Source: an uncultured beta proteobacterium
Lineage (GTDB): Bacteria > Pseudomonadota > Gammaproteobacteria > Burkholderiales > SG8-41
Length of the DNA: 64,000 bases
NCBI GenBank assembly: GCA_963808765.1
Contig: CAWEHH010000030.1
Coordinates: 97,483-161,482, forward strand
Reading direction: 5' to 3'
Part shown: one piece after another, positions 48,510-56,923 of the stretch
Layout: every line of letters begins with the position of its first letter
Position numbering within the stretch: position 1 is the first letter of the stretch
The notes under the pieces: generated by a model
What the model was told of the DNA's origin: nothing
The model's input: the letters and a program-made list of their open reading frames with translations, nothing else
Database searches by the model: none
Made by a program: the position numbers and the translations under genes

Positions 48510-48615
48510 AAGCTCTCCTTCTGCCTCAGGCCTCGTACAATCGGACGAGAGTTCTAACGGGCGCCTGAATGTTACGCTCGCGGCGACAGCCTCTCCGAGG
48601 CGCGCCGCTCGCCAA
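48510..48615 (+). repeat. repeat family 3 copy
   Basis: ctcaggcctcgtacaatcggacgagagttctaacgggcgcctgaatgttacgctcgcggcgacagcctctccgaggcgcgccgctcgcc. Confidence 0.75.
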
Positions 48616-48619
48616 TGTG

Positions 48620-49585
48620 TCATTCGGGCTTGATATTGGCTTCACGCACCACCTTGCTCCATCTCGCCGTCTCGCTGCGTATGTACTTGCCGAATTCCAC
48701 CGAGCTCATGATCACCGTCTCGGCGCCCTCGGCTTCGAAGCGCTTGCGGATATCCTCGCTCTTCAGGACCGGCGCGATCTCCGAGTGCAGCTTCGAAATG
48801 ATGTCGCCCGGCGTGCCGGCAGGCGCGAGGATGCCCCACCAGTTGTTGGCTTCGTAACCGGGCAAACCGGACTCCATCACCGTCGGCACGTCGGGCATCG
48901 CGGGAACGCGTTTCGCACCACCGGTCGCGAGCGCCCTCAAGCGTCCCGATCGCACGTGGGGTATCACCTGGATGAGGGATCCAATGCACAGCTCCGTGTT
49001 GCCGGCAATCACATCGGCCATTGCCGGCCCGCCGCCCTTGAACGGCACGTGAGTGATCTTCACACCCGCGAGCACGTTGAACATCTCGCTGCTCAGGTGC
49101 TGAAAGCTGCCGACCCCGGCAGACGCATAGTTGAGCGCGCCCGGTTTCGACTTCGCAAGCGCGATGAGGTCCTTGACCGTCTTCACCGGCAGTTGCGGAT
49201 GCGCCGTAAACGCGTTCGGCCCGCGACCCAGTATCGATACGGGCACGAACGACTTCTCCGGATCGTATTTCAGCATCGATTTATACATTGCCGGGTTATA
49301 GGCGTACGCCACCGAGATCACGAGCAGCGTGTAGCCGTCGGGCTTCGAGTTCGCTGCCGCCTCAGTGCCGATCATGCCGCCCGCGCCGCCACGATTGTCT
49401 ACGATCACCTGCTGGCCGAGCCGACCGGTCAGCTCGTGCCCGATCTGGCGCGCGACGATATCGTTGCTTCCGCCGGGCGGAAACGGCACGATCAGCCTGA
49501 CGGGCTTCAACGGATATTGAGCGAACGCTGCGGTGCTGGCCGCGAGCAGCGCGAGCGACACCACGGCTTTTGCAACACGTTTCAT
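48620..49585 (-). CDS. Bug/TctC family substrate-binding protein
   Basis: GAGGAG lies before ATG 49585. Signal peptide, YPLKPVRLIVPFPPGGSND and VIVDNRGGAGG. Confidence 0.9.
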   Translation of the reverse strand: MKRVAKAVVSLALLAASTAAFAQYPLKPVRLIVPFPPGGSNDIVARQIGHELTGRLGQQVIVDNRGGAGGMIGTEAAANSKPDGYTLLVISVAYAYNPAMYKSMLKYDPEKSFVPVSILGRGPNAFTAHPQLPVKTVKDLIALAKSKPGALNYASAGVGSFQHLSSEMFNVLAGVKITHVPFKGGGPAMADVIAGNTELCIGSLIQVIPHVRSGRLRALATGGAKRVPAMPDVPTVMESGLPGYEANNWWGILAPAGTPGDIISKLHSEIAPVLKSEDIRKRFEAEGAETVIMSSVEFGKYIRSETARWSKVVREANIKPE

Positions 49586-49608
49586 TAGGGTCTCCTCGGT
49601 CGATCCGC

Positions 49609-50304
49609 ATGAAGCATAGCAGCATCAGGGTGGTCACTTCGAACGCGACACACACGCTTCTCGCAGCGCTCGTGCGGGTCTTCGAACGCGCGCAGCCGCA
49701 GTCGAGCGTCATGCTCGAGGCGGATTCGGCAAAATCGATGCTGGAACGGATCAAGAACGGCGAGCGCGCGGACATGGCCGTTCTGAACGCGCCGCACGTC
49801 GAAGAACTCGCGACCGCCGGCATTCTCGACGAGAACACACGGCGGGCGTTTACGCGCTCGCGGATCGGAATCGCCGTGCGCACCGGGGCGCCGCACCCCG
49901 ATATCCGCAGCGTAGAAGCGTTCAGACGGATGCTGCTGGACGCGCGTTCGATCGCTCACACGGTGCACGGCGCAAGCGGCATGTACGTCCCGACGCTGAT
50001 CGAGTGTCTCGGTCTCTCCGACGAAGTGCGCCCGAGGGTAGTGACGCGGCCGGGCGGACTGATCGGCAAGTTGGTTGCCGCTGGCGAAGCCGAGATCGCG
50101 ATCCAGCAGATCTCCGAGTTGCTGGCGGTGGATGGCATCGAGGTCGTCGGGCCGCTCCCGGATGCGCTTCAGATGACGTTCGATTCGGCGGTGGCTCTAT
50201 TTGCCGGCAGCGCGAACGCCGATCGCGCAGCGGAGCTCGTGCGTTTCTTCTGGTCGCCCGAGGTCGCCGCGCTGTTCGAATCGCACGGGCTGGAGCGGCT
50301 GTGA
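49609..50304 (+). CDS. ModA-like (SBP_bac_11-type) substrate-binding-fold protein without an obvious signal peptide
   Basis: IRVVTSNATHTLL..., ADMAVLNAP..., EIAIQQISELL..GIEVVGPLP resemble the molybdate/sulfate-type binding fold. The N-terminus is not hydrophobic. Confidence 0.55.
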   Translation: MKHSSIRVVTSNATHTLLAALVRVFERAQPQSSVMLEADSAKSMLERIKNGERADMAVLNAPHVEELATAGILDENTRRAFTRSRIGIAVRTGAPHPDIRSVEAFRRMLLDARSIAHTVHGASGMYVPTLIECLGLSDEVRPRVVTRPGGLIGKLVAAGEAEIAIQQISELLAVDGIEVVGPLPDALQMTFDSAVALFAGSANADRAAELVRFFWSPEVAALFESHGLERL

Positions 50305-50353
50305 ATTCCGGGTGTCCTGAAACTCGAGTCGTCACGACAGGCGTTGCCCTGCT

Positions 50354-50434
50354 GCCCTCACCCTGCTTCCCTCTCCCGAGGGGAGAGGGACACGTGAGCC
50401 CTTCTCCCCTCGGGAGAAGGGCTGGGATGAGGGC
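50354..50434. repeat. GC-rich hairpin repeat, family 2 (double hairpin nested in an outer stem)
   Basis: gccctcaccc..TCCCTCTCCCgagGGGAGAGGGA..GCCCTTCTCCCctcGGGAGAAGGGC..gggatgagggc. Confidence 0.7.
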
Positions 50435-50495
50435 TCGGCGGCCTTGGTCAGTCGGCACGAATATCTGATATGGCCGCGAATCCTGAATCGCGACG

Positions 50496-51260
50496 CTAAT
50501 ACGACGTCAACCCTCCGTCGATCAGCAGCGTCTGTCCGGTGATGTACTCCGCCTGCGGGCTCGCGAGATAGCTCGCCAGCCCCGCGATCTCTCCTTCGGT
50601 ACAGAAGCGACCGACCGGAATGCGGTCGAGCAGCCCCTGGCGCCGCTCGGGCTGGGCAGCCAGCGCCGCGGCGCGCGTCGGCGTCATCGTCGAGCCGGGC
50701 GCGATCGCGTTCACGCGGATGCCGTTCTTCGCCCACTCGATCGCGAGCATCTGCGTCATGTGGGCGATGCCCGCTTTCGAGATGCCGTAGACGGAGAAGT
50801 TCGGCACACCGACGGCCCCGTGCGTCGACGCGATGCTGATGATGCTTCCTTTGCGCCCACTCGAGAGCAGATATCGGCCCATGGCCTGGCTCATGAAGTA
50901 CGTGCCCGTCAGGTTGACATCCATCACGCTCGCCCACTGCTCGCGCGTCATGTCGACGACGGGTCCGCGCACGATGCAGCCCGCGTTGTTGACGAGAACG
51001 TCGAGGCAGCCGAATTCGGCGAGCACGCGCTGCATCGCCTCGTCGATGCTCGACTGCGCGCGCAGATCGAGAGCGACCGTGACGGCACGCATCCCTTCGC
51101 TGCGGATCGACGCCACCGTGTTTTCGAGCATGGCGGTATCGAGATCGGCGACGGCCACGTCGAATCCATCGCGTGAGAGCGCGTTCGCGATCGCCGCGCC
51201 GATGCCCCACGAGGCGCCCGTGACGAAGGCGGTGCGGCGCTGAGTTCGTACCGGCTTCAC
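50496..51260 (-). CDS. SDR family oxidoreductase
   Basis: Contains AFVTGASWGIG, NNAG, YGISKAG and PGSTMTP. GTG start. Confidence 0.85.
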   Translation of the reverse strand: MKPVRTQRRTAFVTGASWGIGAAIANALSRDGFDVAVADLDTAMLENTVASIRSEGMRAVTVALDLRAQSSIDEAMQRVLAEFGCLDVLVNNAGCIVRGPVVDMTREQWASVMDVNLTGTYFMSQAMGRYLLSSGRKGSIISIASTHGAVGVPNFSVYGISKAGIAHMTQMLAIEWAKNGIRVNAIAPGSTMTPTRAAALAAQPERRQGLLDRIPVGRFCTEGEIAGLASYLASPQAEYITGQTLLIDGGLTSY

Positions 51261-51386
51261 TCATGGCGGGCCGCTCCATGCGAGTACTCGTGTCGAGTCG
51301 ATATGCAATCATCACTGCTCCTCCTTCTCGCCTACAATCCCCGGTACTCTTGCCGTTCCTGCGGCAACAATCAAGATGGAGACCCC

Positions 51387-52172
51387 ATGGCGGCTTACCC
51401 CAATCCCGCGAAGGAAGCTCTGAGTCAGGGACGCATAGCCCTCGGCTTCGGCGTCAGTCAATCACGCACGATCGAGATCGCTCAGATCGCGAAAACGTGC
51501 GGCTTCCACTGGCTCTTCATCGATATGGAACACTCGCCGCTCAATACAGAGACGGCATCACAGATGGCCGCCGCGGCGCTTGCTGTGGGCATCGCGCCGA
51601 TCGTGCGGGTGCCGGGGAAGGAGGGGCATCACGCGGCGCGCCTGCTCGACGCCGGTGCGCAGGGCATCGTCGTGCCGCACGTCGATACCGTCGAAGAGGC
51701 GGAGCGCGCGGTTGCGCATTGCAAGTATCCGCCGATCGGGGACCGCTCGGCGATGGGCGCCCATCCGCTCATGCGCTATGAGAGCGTGTCGGTCGGAGAG
51801 ACGATCCGCGCGGTGAACGACGTCACCCTGGTCGTCGTCATGCTGGAGACACCGGATGCGATCGCGCGCACGGACGAAATCGCGGCGGTCGAGGGCGTCG
51901 ACGTGATTCTGATCGGCACCAACGATCTGTGCGCGACGATGGGCATTCCCGGCGAGTTCGAGCACGCGAACGTGGTGAAGGCCTACGAGACGGTCATCGC
52001 CGCGTGCCGGAAACACGGCAAGCATCCGGGCATGGGCGGCGTCTACGAGCCGAAAATCATGGAGAAGTACATCCGCATGGGCATGCGCTTCATCCTGAGC
52101 GGCAGCGACATGAGCTTCATCATTGCCGGTGCGCGCGCCCGGGCGAAGGTGTTGGGCGAGATTCCGCTATGA
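51387..52172 (+). CDS. HpcH/HpaI aldolase/citrate-lyase family protein
   Basis: GGAGA lies before ATG 51387. Contains WLFIDMEHSP, VRVP, GIVVPHVDT and VMLETP motifs. Confidence 0.85.
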   Translation: MAAYPNPAKEALSQGRIALGFGVSQSRTIEIAQIAKTCGFHWLFIDMEHSPLNTETASQMAAAALAVGIAPIVRVPGKEGHHAARLLDAGAQGIVVPHVDTVEEAERAVAHCKYPPIGDRSAMGAHPLMRYESVSVGETIRAVNDVTLVVVMLETPDAIARTDEIAAVEGVDVILIGTNDLCATMGIPGEFEHANVVKAYETVIAACRKHGKHPGMGGVYEPKIMEKYIRMGMRFILSGSDMSFIIAGARARAKVLGEIPL

Positions 52173-53534
52173 CGCACGTCCGGGGATCGTGAGCAAGTCG
52201 AGGAGTTGCCGCACGTCGGGCGCTTTTTCGAGATCCCGCAGAAAGGCGAGCACGGCATCGGCCTGAGCGGGCGCGAGCGCGGCGCTGGCGAGGTCGCGGA
52301 ACTTGCGCTCGATGTCCTCGTCGTTCATCGGATTGCGTGCGTGCCCTTTCGGGTACGCCGTGCGCTCGACATGGCTGCGGCCGGCGCGCGTCGTGACCGT
52401 GATTTCCGAAATCAGCGCATCGGGAAAAGCCTTCGTGAACTCCGGGTTCTCGGCGATGCGTATGCGGTTCATGAGCGGCCGCAGCGCGGGATCCAGAAAA
52501 CATTCGGGCTCGAAAATCGCCGGCGTGACACGCCCGTCGCGCAGCGCAACGGCGAGCAGATACGGCAGGCTGTGATCGGCGGTCTCGCGGCTGCGCGGGT
52601 CCCATTTCTCCGCTTCGCTTCCGATCTCGCTGTACGCCGTCCAGTATGTCTGCACGTCGACCGTCCCGATCTCCTCGCCTTTGAGCTTTTCGCGCAGCAC
52701 GAGCGCCGCCCACACCGGCGCCTGCGAGTGGTACTCGGTCGCGTAGTACTTGAGATTCGCGCGTTCGATCGCGGAAGCGGAGTTGCCGCCCAGCGTGCCG
52801 AGCTCGAAGGGTCCCGTCACCTGCTCGCACAATCCGTGTCGGCCCTCGAACGCGGCGGTCGGCCCCGTCATGCCTTCTCTCGCGAGCTCCGCCGCGAACA
52901 AGCCACCGATGGCGGCGGCGGCCGTCGCGCTGCCCTTCCACATCGAGAGCTCACCGGCGCGCGTCTGGCGCGTCGGCACGTTTGCCGTGACTGCGATCGC
53001 AATCGCGTTGCCCATCTGCTCCGTCGTGAGACCGAACAAGAGGCCGACGCCTGCCGCGGCCGCCGGCGCGAGGAAGACGCCCTGATCCCAGCCGCGGTCA
53101 CGCAGTCCGACCGCGTTGGCGAGCGTACCGAAGACCTCGTACGCCGCCACCGTCGCCGCGATGAGCTCCTTGCCCGAGGCCCCCTTCGTTTCCGCCGCCG
53201 CGAGGACCGCCCCGAACACGTCGCTGGGATGCCCTGATCCGCGTGCGATGTAGGTGTCGTTCGCGTCGAGATATCGGATCATCACCGAGTTCGCGAACGC
53301 CGCCATCCGCAGGGAGGTGCGCGTGCCGTCGCCGAGAAGGCGGGCGCCCGGCGTTCCGCTGCTCGCGTGCGCAAGACGCCGTGCGATGTTCGCGGGTTCG
53401 CTGCCATGGCCGCCCATCGCACATCCGATGGTGTCGATGATGTGGCGCTTCGCCGCGCGGACTGCGCCGGCGCTCAGGTCTTCATAGCGCACCGACGAGG
53501 CATAGCGCGCGAGGGCTTCGGTGGTCTTGTCCAT
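52167..53534 (-). CDS. MmgE/PrpD family protein (2-methylcitrate dehydratase-like)
   Basis: 455 aa. LARYASSVRYEDL..IDTIGCA and a family-typical two-domain length. GGAGAAGG lies upstream. Confidence 0.85.
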   Translation of the reverse strand: MDKTTEALARYASSVRYEDLSAGAVRAAKRHIIDTIGCAMGGHGSEPANIARRLAHASSGTPGARLLGDGTRTSLRMAAFANSVMIRYLDANDTYIARGSGHPSDVFGAVLAAAETKGASGKELIAATVAAYEVFGTLANAVGLRDRGWDQGVFLAPAAAAGVGLLFGLTTEQMGNAIAIAVTANVPTRQTRAGELSMWKGSATAAAAIGGLFAAELAREGMTGPTAAFEGRHGLCEQVTGPFELGTLGGNSASAIERANLKYYATEYHSQAPVWAALVLREKLKGEEIGTVDVQTYWTAYSEIGSEAEKWDPRSRETADHSLPYLLAVALRDGRVTPAIFEPECFLDPALRPLMNRIRIAENPEFTKAFPDALISEITVTTRAGRSHVERTAYPKGHARNPMNDEDIERKFRDLASAALAPAQADAVLAFLRDLEKAPDVRQLLDLLTIPGRAS

Positions 53535-53708
53535 ACCGCCTTCTCCGATGTTGAGCGCCGGCGTCCGAGACCCGGTCTGGCATGGCTATCATGCACGAGA
53601 ATGGCAGGGCAGGCGCAAAACGCGAGGAGCCGAATGCCGACGGAGGAACCGCACTTCGACCGACAGGCCGCGCTCGTTCATCGCCCCACGTCGAATCGGT
53701 TCCCGGAA

Positions 53709-54094
53709 TCATTGGATGAAGACGCGGTTGCGGATCGGCGTCCGGCCCTCGAACGCGATCGGGATACCCGCGCGACTCTCGGGGTCAACGGCATGGATGT
53801 GCAGGTGCGGTTCGGTCGTGTTTCCGGAATTGCCGACCCGCGCGATCGCGTCGCCGACGCGAACGCTTTCTCCCGTCCGGACCGAGATGCTGTGTCGCTG
53901 CAGATGCGCCAACTCCACGTTCACCCCGCCGCAGGAGAGGATGACGTGGTTGCCGGCGGGATTCTCCGGATCGGTTTGTGATGGGCGAAGATCGGGTAAG
54001 CCGTCGCGAACGTGGCCGATCGCGCAACTCGCCAGGCATAGCCAAGCGGCAAGCCGACGCACACGAGCAGCATGATGAGGACGAGCACTTTCAT
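53709..54094 (-). pseudogene. M23 family metallopeptidase remnant (frame break; the HxxxD segment appears to be missing)
   Basis: TM/signal MKVLVLIMLLVCVGLPLG in one frame. In another: NPAGNHVILSCGGVNVELAHL..VGNSGNTTEPHLHIH. The total is only ~128 codons. Confidence 0.5.
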
Positions 54095-54190
54095 GGTAGT
54101 ACAGAGGCAGTCGGCAAGGAATGGACCGGTAATGAAGCTCGGTCGTTTACAACGGCTGTATGCGGGCGCCGGTGCGGTGATTCCCGAATC

Positions 54191-54250
54191 CGTCATTCCT
54201 GCGAAGGCAGGAATCCAGGCCTGGGTCCCTGCTTCGCGCAGGGACGACGA
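54191..54250. repeat. REP-like units, family 1 (two units sharing a junction)
   Basis: cgtcattcctgcgaaggcaggaatccagg, then cctgggtccctgcttcgcgcagggacgacga. Confidence 0.75.
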
Positions 54251-54373
54251 TCGGGCGAATCTCTGAGTCGGCACATAGCGTGGGAGCAGTGCCTTGGAAC
54301 AGCGTCTGGATGCGACGCTTTACGGCCCCGTCTCACAACTCGCCGCACAGTGCTTCACCGGCGCAGCGCAGGC

Positions 54374-55069
54374 CTAGATCGTCAGTCCGAGCTCGAACGT
54401 GCCCGCATAGCCCGCATCCTCCTTCGCGAGCGGCAACATGAGCTGGCGGCCGCCCCTCGAGTAGATTCCGTCGTCGGCATTGCGCGTGTCGCGCTTGCCG
54501 CGCAAGGCATACGGCGCCGCCGTGAAAATGGTATCGCTCAGCGCATCATCGAAGTAGATCTGGGAAGTGAACTCGTGCGTGCGCTTCGCATCGGCCGGGT
54601 AACGCACCTTGAAGTGGATGTGCACCGCGCGCCCGCGATACCAGCCCGGATAGATCGTGCCGAAGGTGGCGACGCCGTTGGCATCCGTCTTCTGGTACCC
54701 GCGCAGGAATTTCTGGCCGCGCGTGTCGAAGCCGGGATCGCGCACGTCGGAGTAAACGCCAGCCGCATCGCAATGCCACACGTCGATCTGTGCGCCCGCA
54801 AGCGGCACGCATTCCCCGGCGTTCACGCGTGAAACTCTGAACGCAACGCGCAGCGGCACGCCCGGCTTCGGTGTCCCCTTTCCCGGTTCCGAGCGGATGT
54901 CGGAGCGATCGAGGCGCTCCTCGACGAAATACGGCCCTTCCGTCTGCGAGGGACGCACCACGCACGCCGGCGTGCTCCGCGATTGCGCGCGGGCACGGTG
55001 CGCCAGCGGCGCCAGCACGGCAGCGGCGGCGCCGAGCACCGCGAGCGCTTTGCGGCGCGTGTGCGCCAT
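54374..55069 (-). CDS. intradiol ring-cleavage dioxygenase family protein (Tat-signal)
   Basis: MAHTRRKALAVLGAAAAVL..ARA; TEGPYF; IDVWHCDAAGVYS; RGRAVHIHFKV. The start overlaps the upstream stop (TGATG). Confidence 0.8.
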   Translation of the reverse strand: MAHTRRKALAVLGAAAAVLAPLAHRARAQSRSTPACVVRPSQTEGPYFVEERLDRSDIRSEPGKGTPKPGVPLRVAFRVSRVNAGECVPLAGAQIDVWHCDAAGVYSDVRDPGFDTRGQKFLRGYQKTDANGVATFGTIYPGWYRGRAVHIHFKVRYPADAKRTHEFTSQIYFDDALSDTIFTAAPYALRGKRDTRNADDGIYSRGGRQLMLPLAKEDAGYAGTFELGLTI

Positions 55070-56757
55070 CAATGTCCTTTCGACGAACCCGGCGTTCGGG
55101 CGCGCGGGGGAAAATGCTGCGCGACGGGAATCTCGATGACGCTCGGGCCCTCGAACGCGAGCGCCGACTTGAACGCATCGGCAATCTCGTCCGGCTTCGT
55201 GACGTAAAAGCCTTTGCCGCCGAGCACCTCCGCGAGCTTGTCGAAGCGCGGGTTCTGAAGGTCGACGCCGACGTAGCGTTCGTTCCACTGGCGCATCTGC
55301 TGTGCTTTCTCCGATCCGTGACAACTGTTGTTGAAGACCACCGTGACGTTCGCGATGCGGTGGCGCATCGCCGTGTTGATCTCCTGCGCGGTGTAGAGGA
55401 ATCCCCCGTCGCCATGCAAGGTCAGTGCCGCGCGATCGGGCCGCCCCAGCTTGGTACCCATACCGACACACATGCCCATGCCCAGCGCGCCGTGGCTGAA
55501 ATAGTTGTAGAGCGTCCGCGGCGACTCGAAGTTAAGACGGTCGTAACCGAGACCCGGAGAAACGCCCGCGTCGATCGTTACCATGCAATCGGGCGGCATT
55601 ACCTTGGCGAGTTCCGGATAGACGCGCTCCGCCCGCATGGGATCGCCGGTCAACTGAAGCTCTGCGCGCAGCCGAGCCTGCCGCTTTTCCCTGAGCTCGC
55701 CGATCTGCGCGCGCCAGCCCGCTCGGCTGGGCGGCGTATCGCGGCCCTTGCCCAGCGCCTCGATGAGTTGCAGCGCGACCGCCTTTGCGTCTCCGACGAT
55801 GCCGATCTCCACCGCATGATTGCGCCCGATCTCCGCCGCTTCGATGTCCACCTGGATGATCTTCGAGGCGGGATTGACGATGCTTGAATCCCATCCGGTG
55901 GATGACTGGCTGAGGCGTGAGCCGAGCGCGAGGATTACGTCTGCGCGGTGCACGGCTTCGGCCGCTTCCTCCGCACCGCGCCAGCCGGGAATGCCGATGT
56001 AGAGCGGATGGCTGTTCGGGAGCGCATCGTTGTGCCCGTACGCAGCCACGAGCGCCATGTCGAGCATCTCGCCGAGCTTCACGGCCTCGCCCGTCGCCTC
56101 CGAATCGATAACGCCGCTGCCCGCAAGCAGCAGCGGCCGCTCGGCTTTCAGGAGGAGCGCGGCGGCGGCGCCCACCGCCTCTTCGTCGCCGCGCATGCGC
56201 TGCGCGGTCGGCCGGTAGCGTGACGGTGCGAGCGGCTCGTAGTCGAGCTCCTCGTGATCGAGCAGGTCGCGCGGAATGTTGAGCATGACCGGCCCACGCT
56301 TGCCCGAGAGCGCGATGCGAAACGCGTCGTGGATCGCTTCCAGCACGCGCTCCGGCTTGTGCACGTGCTTCGCGAGATACGTCACCGGTTTGAAGAGGCC
56401 GACGAGATCGAACGCCTGATTGCCTTCGCGATCGAGGTGGTCGCGGCTCACGTCGCCCGCGATCGTGATCACCGGCGAGCGCCCCTTGTACGCGAGCGCG
56501 ATGCCGGAGAGGAGATTGATGGTCGCGGGACCGGAGGTCGTGAGACACACGCTCGGCTTGCCGGAGGCGCGCGAATAGCCATGGGCCATCAACGCCGCGT
56601 TCTGCTCGTGCCGCGTGTCCACGAACCGGATGTCGGTGCGGCCGTAAAGCTCTGTGAGAATGTTGTTCGTGGTGGAGCCGCACACTCCGAAGATGTACTC
56701 GACGCCTTCCGCTTTCAGCGCTTCGAGGACCGCTGCGCCTGCTCTCATCATCGTCAT
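55069..56757 (-). CDS. thiamine diphosphate-dependent enzyme (acetolactate synthase large-subunit-like)
   Basis: Start at MTMMRAG (56757). Contains GVCGSTTNN, TSGPATINLL and the GDGGF..NN ThDP motif. Confidence 0.85.
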   Translation of the reverse strand: MTMMRAGAAVLEALKAEGVEYIFGVCGSTTNNILTELYGRTDIRFVDTRHEQNAALMAHGYSRASGKPSVCLTTSGPATINLLSGIALAYKGRSPVITIAGDVSRDHLDREGNQAFDLVGLFKPVTYLAKHVHKPERVLEAIHDAFRIALSGKRGPVMLNIPRDLLDHEELDYEPLAPSRYRPTAQRMRGDEEAVGAAAALLLKAERPLLLAGSGVIDSEATGEAVKLGEMLDMALVAAYGHNDALPNSHPLYIGIPGWRGAEEAAEAVHRADVILALGSRLSQSSTGWDSSIVNPASKIIQVDIEAAEIGRNHAVEIGIVGDAKAVALQLIEALGKGRDTPPSRAGWRAQIGELREKRQARLRAELQLTGDPMRAERVYPELAKVMPPDCMVTIDAGVSPGLGYDRLNFESPRTLYNYFSHGALGMGMCVGMGTKLGRPDRAALTLHGDGGFLYTAQEINTAMRHRIANVTVVFNNSCHGSEKAQQMRQWNERYVGVDLQNPRFDKLAEVLGGKGFYVTKPDEIADAFKSALAFEGPSVIEIPVAQHFPPRARTPGSSKGH

Positions 56758-56923
56758 GGTTCGTTCCTGTCGAATGCCCCCACGCCGGGAGCGTCGGGAA
56801 GTGAGGAATGGAATGGAGCGCCTTCTCGTCAGCGCGCCTCTCGGCCGCCGCGAGGTCACTCCCTGCGAGGGCGCTACAATCGCGCTTCCCTCGACGTTTC
56901 CTATTCTGTCACAGGTGCCCCGC

